This document shows, one piece after another, positions 61,133-64,000 of a DNA stretch of 64,000 nt. Numbering within the stretch: position 1 is the first letter of the stretch; each line of letters begins with the position of its first letter. A model generated the notes under the pieces. The model worked only from the letters and a program-made list of their open reading frames with translations, was not told the origin of the DNA and searched no databases. The translations under genes were made by a program, and so were the position numbers. Source of the stretch: Felis catus (taxonomy: Eukaryota); assembly GCF_018350175.1 (NCBI RefSeq), contig NC_058368.1:90770001-90834000 (forward strand), in the 5' to 3' direction.

Positions 61133-61170
<38 letters not shown>

Positions 61171-61203
61171 AAATAAACATTAAAAAAATTAAAAAAGAAA
61201 AAA
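60963..61203 (+). mobile_element. Can-SINE
   Basis: 13-bp TSD gaaaacctgctct. Confidence 0.96.
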
Positions 61204-61839
61204 GAAAACCTGCTCTCAGAAGATCCTCTGTTCTCAGAGGGCCTATTGCCTTTAAAAATGCTTGCCAATTAATGTTTCTATAACCGGGCTGCTCTGTGTT
61301 CAAGCTTTTACTGTTTAGTTCAGGCTTTGACTGGAACACTCAGATTATTTTACAGCTAAAAGGGCTTAGGAGAATGACTGCGCCAGCTCCCTGAATTTAC
61401 AGACAGGGAAACTGAGGCCTGGGGGGAGGAGTGTGCCTAAGGTGAGGGTCAGTTGATGACAGAGTGGGGTTGGAATGGAATCTCCGATAAGTTCCTTATA
61501 CCAGCCCAGGGATCCCTTTAAAAGCATTTATATGGAACGTCTGTGTCACATCCCTGGGGCCGTGCACAGCCCCTGGCCATTCCTCCTCACACCCTAGTCC
61601 TCTGGGGTCACTCTGTCCACACTGCTCTTCTGGAACCGGCTTGAGCTTTCTTGCTGAGTCCTCTCTGCCTCCACCCTGCTCTTCCCTCCTCTCCTCTCCC
61701 CTTCCTCTTCTCCAGCCTAATTCAGTTAATGCATACCCAGAGCCCATGGCCTCAGGAAAGGCTTCTCTGACCCCTCACTCTCCATCCAGTGCCACAGGGA
61801 CCTATGAACACAGGTGACCATGCTCAGCCTCCCCTCTGG

Positions 61840-62140
61840 TGGTCAAGAGGTGCCAATTAAGACAACGAGGTGCCATGATCACAAACCAAATTGGCAAAAG
61901 TCCAAACGAGCAATGGCTGTCTGAGCTGCAGGGATGTGGGTGAAGGATCACTGTGCACCCTGCTGATTGCTCAATCCTTTAGGAAAAGCCTGCTGATATC
62001 TGTTAAGCTAAAAATACGCACTAACTTTAACCTGGCAATCCCACCCTGGGGATTGTATCCTACAGAAATAAAAGTACCAGTATACAAGGAATTGGGGATA
62101 TTTATTACAGGGCTGCTGGTAGTAACATGCGCACGTTGTG

Positions 62141-62185
<45 letters not shown>

Positions 62186-62380
62186 CTACAACCAATCTAA
62201 AGATGTCAATAAACACGGGAGTTGGACAAATTGCTGCTATGGGCTTTTAAGCAGCTGTTGCAAGAAAGCAGTAGGTCCCTTTAGCTACTGTCCTGCAGGG
62301 ATGTCCATAATGTATTAGCAAGTGAGAACTGTTAGTTGCTGATATGTGTGATATAATTCCATTTTTGGCAAATAAACCTG
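61840..62380 (+). mobile_element. Old L1 (L1ME-like) 3' fragment with (CA)n
   Basis: tttaacctggcaatcccaccctggggattgtatcctacagaaata. Confidence 0.7.
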
Positions 62381-62859
62381 CCCAAACCCTCCCGTGTCTG
62401 AGTGGGTGGGCTGTGCCTGGGCCCAGGGTCACAGGGGGTGAGGGTGGGATATAGAGAGAGACAAAAGAGGCAGGTGGCCTTGAGGGGGGCAAGGAGATGC
62501 CCAGCTTGGTGTCTGAGATTGTACTCTAAAAGGAGTTAAGTGTAGCCACTGGGGCCAGGGTGGGTCTAGCACCGGCTGACCTGACCCAGCCCCAGTGCTC
62601 CCCTCTCCCCACAGGGCAATGGTGGTTCTGGAGGAGGGCTGGGCTGGCTGGTGGTATGTGGGTGTTCATGAGGCAGGCAAAGTCAAGGTTGTAACTTTGA
62701 CCTTCGGCTCCTATTTGATCTGGGATAGTTCCTCACTTGCTTATTAAACTGGTGTTGCATGGGATTTTATATCATGCTTACCCGGGACCCAGTAGAGACG
62801 AATAATTAGCTGGTTAGTTTGCCCATTATTAGGGATGAATTTTATCCCTTCATTCTCCT

Positions 62860-63035
62860 CCCCCCCATCATTCATATGTTGAAGCCCCAAGCCCCTTGGT
62901 GACTATATTTGGAGATAGGGCCTTAAAGAAGTAATTAAGGTTAAATGAGGTCATGAGGGTGGGCCCTGGTCTGATAGAACTTGTGCCTTTATAAAAGAGG
63001 AAGAGACACCAGAGATGGTTCTCTCTCTCTCTCTC

Positions 63036-63068
<33 letters not shown>

Positions 63069-63255
63069 ACATGGAGAAGAGGCCACATCAGGGCACAGAG
63101 AGAAGGTGGCTATCTGCAAGCCAGTAAGAGGCCTCACCAGAACCTGACAGCTTGATCTCAGACTTCCAGCTTTCAGAGCTGTGAGAAAATAAATTACTGT
63201 CATGTAAGCCCCCCAGTTTGTAGTATTTTGTTGTGGCAGCCCGAGTTGACTAAAC
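62860..63255 (+). mobile_element. MLT1A-type LTR
   Basis: ttcatatgttgaagcccc...tatttggagatagggcctt...gacttccagctttcagagctgtgagaaaataaatt. Confidence 0.9.
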
Positions 63256-63288
63256 TGGACAATCCAGGTTCTAAGAATTAACTTGTCA

Positions 63289-63489
63289 GGGGTGCCTGGG
63301 TGGCTTAGTTGGTTAAGTGTCCAACTCTTGGTTTCAGCTCTGGTCATGATCTTACCATTTGTGAGGTGGAGCCCTGGGTTGGGCTCTGTGCTGGCAGTGT
63401 GGAGCCTGCTTGGGATTCTCTCCCTCTCTGCTCCTCCCCGGCTCATGCCGGCCCCCCACCCCATAAATAAGTAAATAAACTTTAAAAAA
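63289..63489 (+). mobile_element. Can-SINE
   Basis: TSD gaattaactt. Confidence 0.95.
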
Positions 63490-63549
63490 GGAATTAACTT
63501 CTTTTGTGACTTAACAGGCATACTCTGAGTTGGAGTTGTTAGGGGACAC

Positions 63550-63995
63550 TTACTGATTTCTGACCACTTATACCCTATCTCTGTGGGTCATGTAGTTGGG
63601 ATGAAGCTGATCCAGCTCTGGCTTCAGGGGCAGATCACATGGCCCAGGCCTGCCCACCTGGGCAATTTCATCATCTTGACCATGGGATGGGTTCAGGGAT
63701 GGGCACCTGACCCTTTTTGGGCCTGTCAGAGACCTGGGACTCAGTGTGAGATCTTGGGGAAGCAATCTGGTTTCCCTCAGGGCTTGAGGCTGTGTGAAGG
63801 TAAAGCCAGACCTTCAGCAGCCCTCCTAGCACCATGAGGAGACTTCCTGTGGTAATCCAAGGGAGCAACCGAAGGAAGGGGGAAAATTTGGAGGGACAGA
63901 AACTGGGTTCCGGGGACATTATTTCAGATGTCCAGGGCCAAACTATTTCTCGATTTTTAATTTTGTGTCCCACATTTTCCCTTAAGCTCTTCTGT
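63550..63995 (+). mobile_element. LTR16-like ERVL LTR
   Basis: gatgggttcagggatgggcacctgacc..tgggcctgtcagag; cacattttcccttaagct. Confidence 0.6.
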
Positions 63996-64000
63996 CCAGC

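Noticed and set aside
1..64000. Idea that the pseudogene is the known feline Tas1r2 or another named gene
   Set aside because: No class C GPCR or other recognisable domain in any translation; no symbol assigned.

Overview
Eukaryotic genomic DNA from a carnivore, almost certainly a felid. It carries about 41 Can-SINE (SINEC_Fc-type) copies, two 5'-truncated carnivore L1 insertions with TSDs, and many ancient eutherian repeats (L1M, L2, MIR, L4, MLT1, LTR16/33, MER20, MER21, a Tigger-type element). I see no intact known protein-coding gene, RNA gene or CRISPR array, and most listed ORFs are repeat-derived or chance. The main signal is in the non-repeat sequence: about 15 minus-strand blocks between ~60.3 kb and ~0.36 kb. 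Most are bounded by AG/GT splice signals, several join in compatible phases, and they carry scattered TAG/TGA stops. In two blocks the reading frame is restored when inserted transposons are removed. I read this as a large decayed multi-exon gene (candidate unitary pseudogene) encoding a long low-complexity protein with recurrent [L/F]PP[I/V]-type motifs; I cannot name it. Its putative introns hold several enhancer-like, homeodomain/TCF-motif-rich blocks. Repeat subfamily names are from recall, not from a database search, and the exon chain is an inference that needs comparative alignment.
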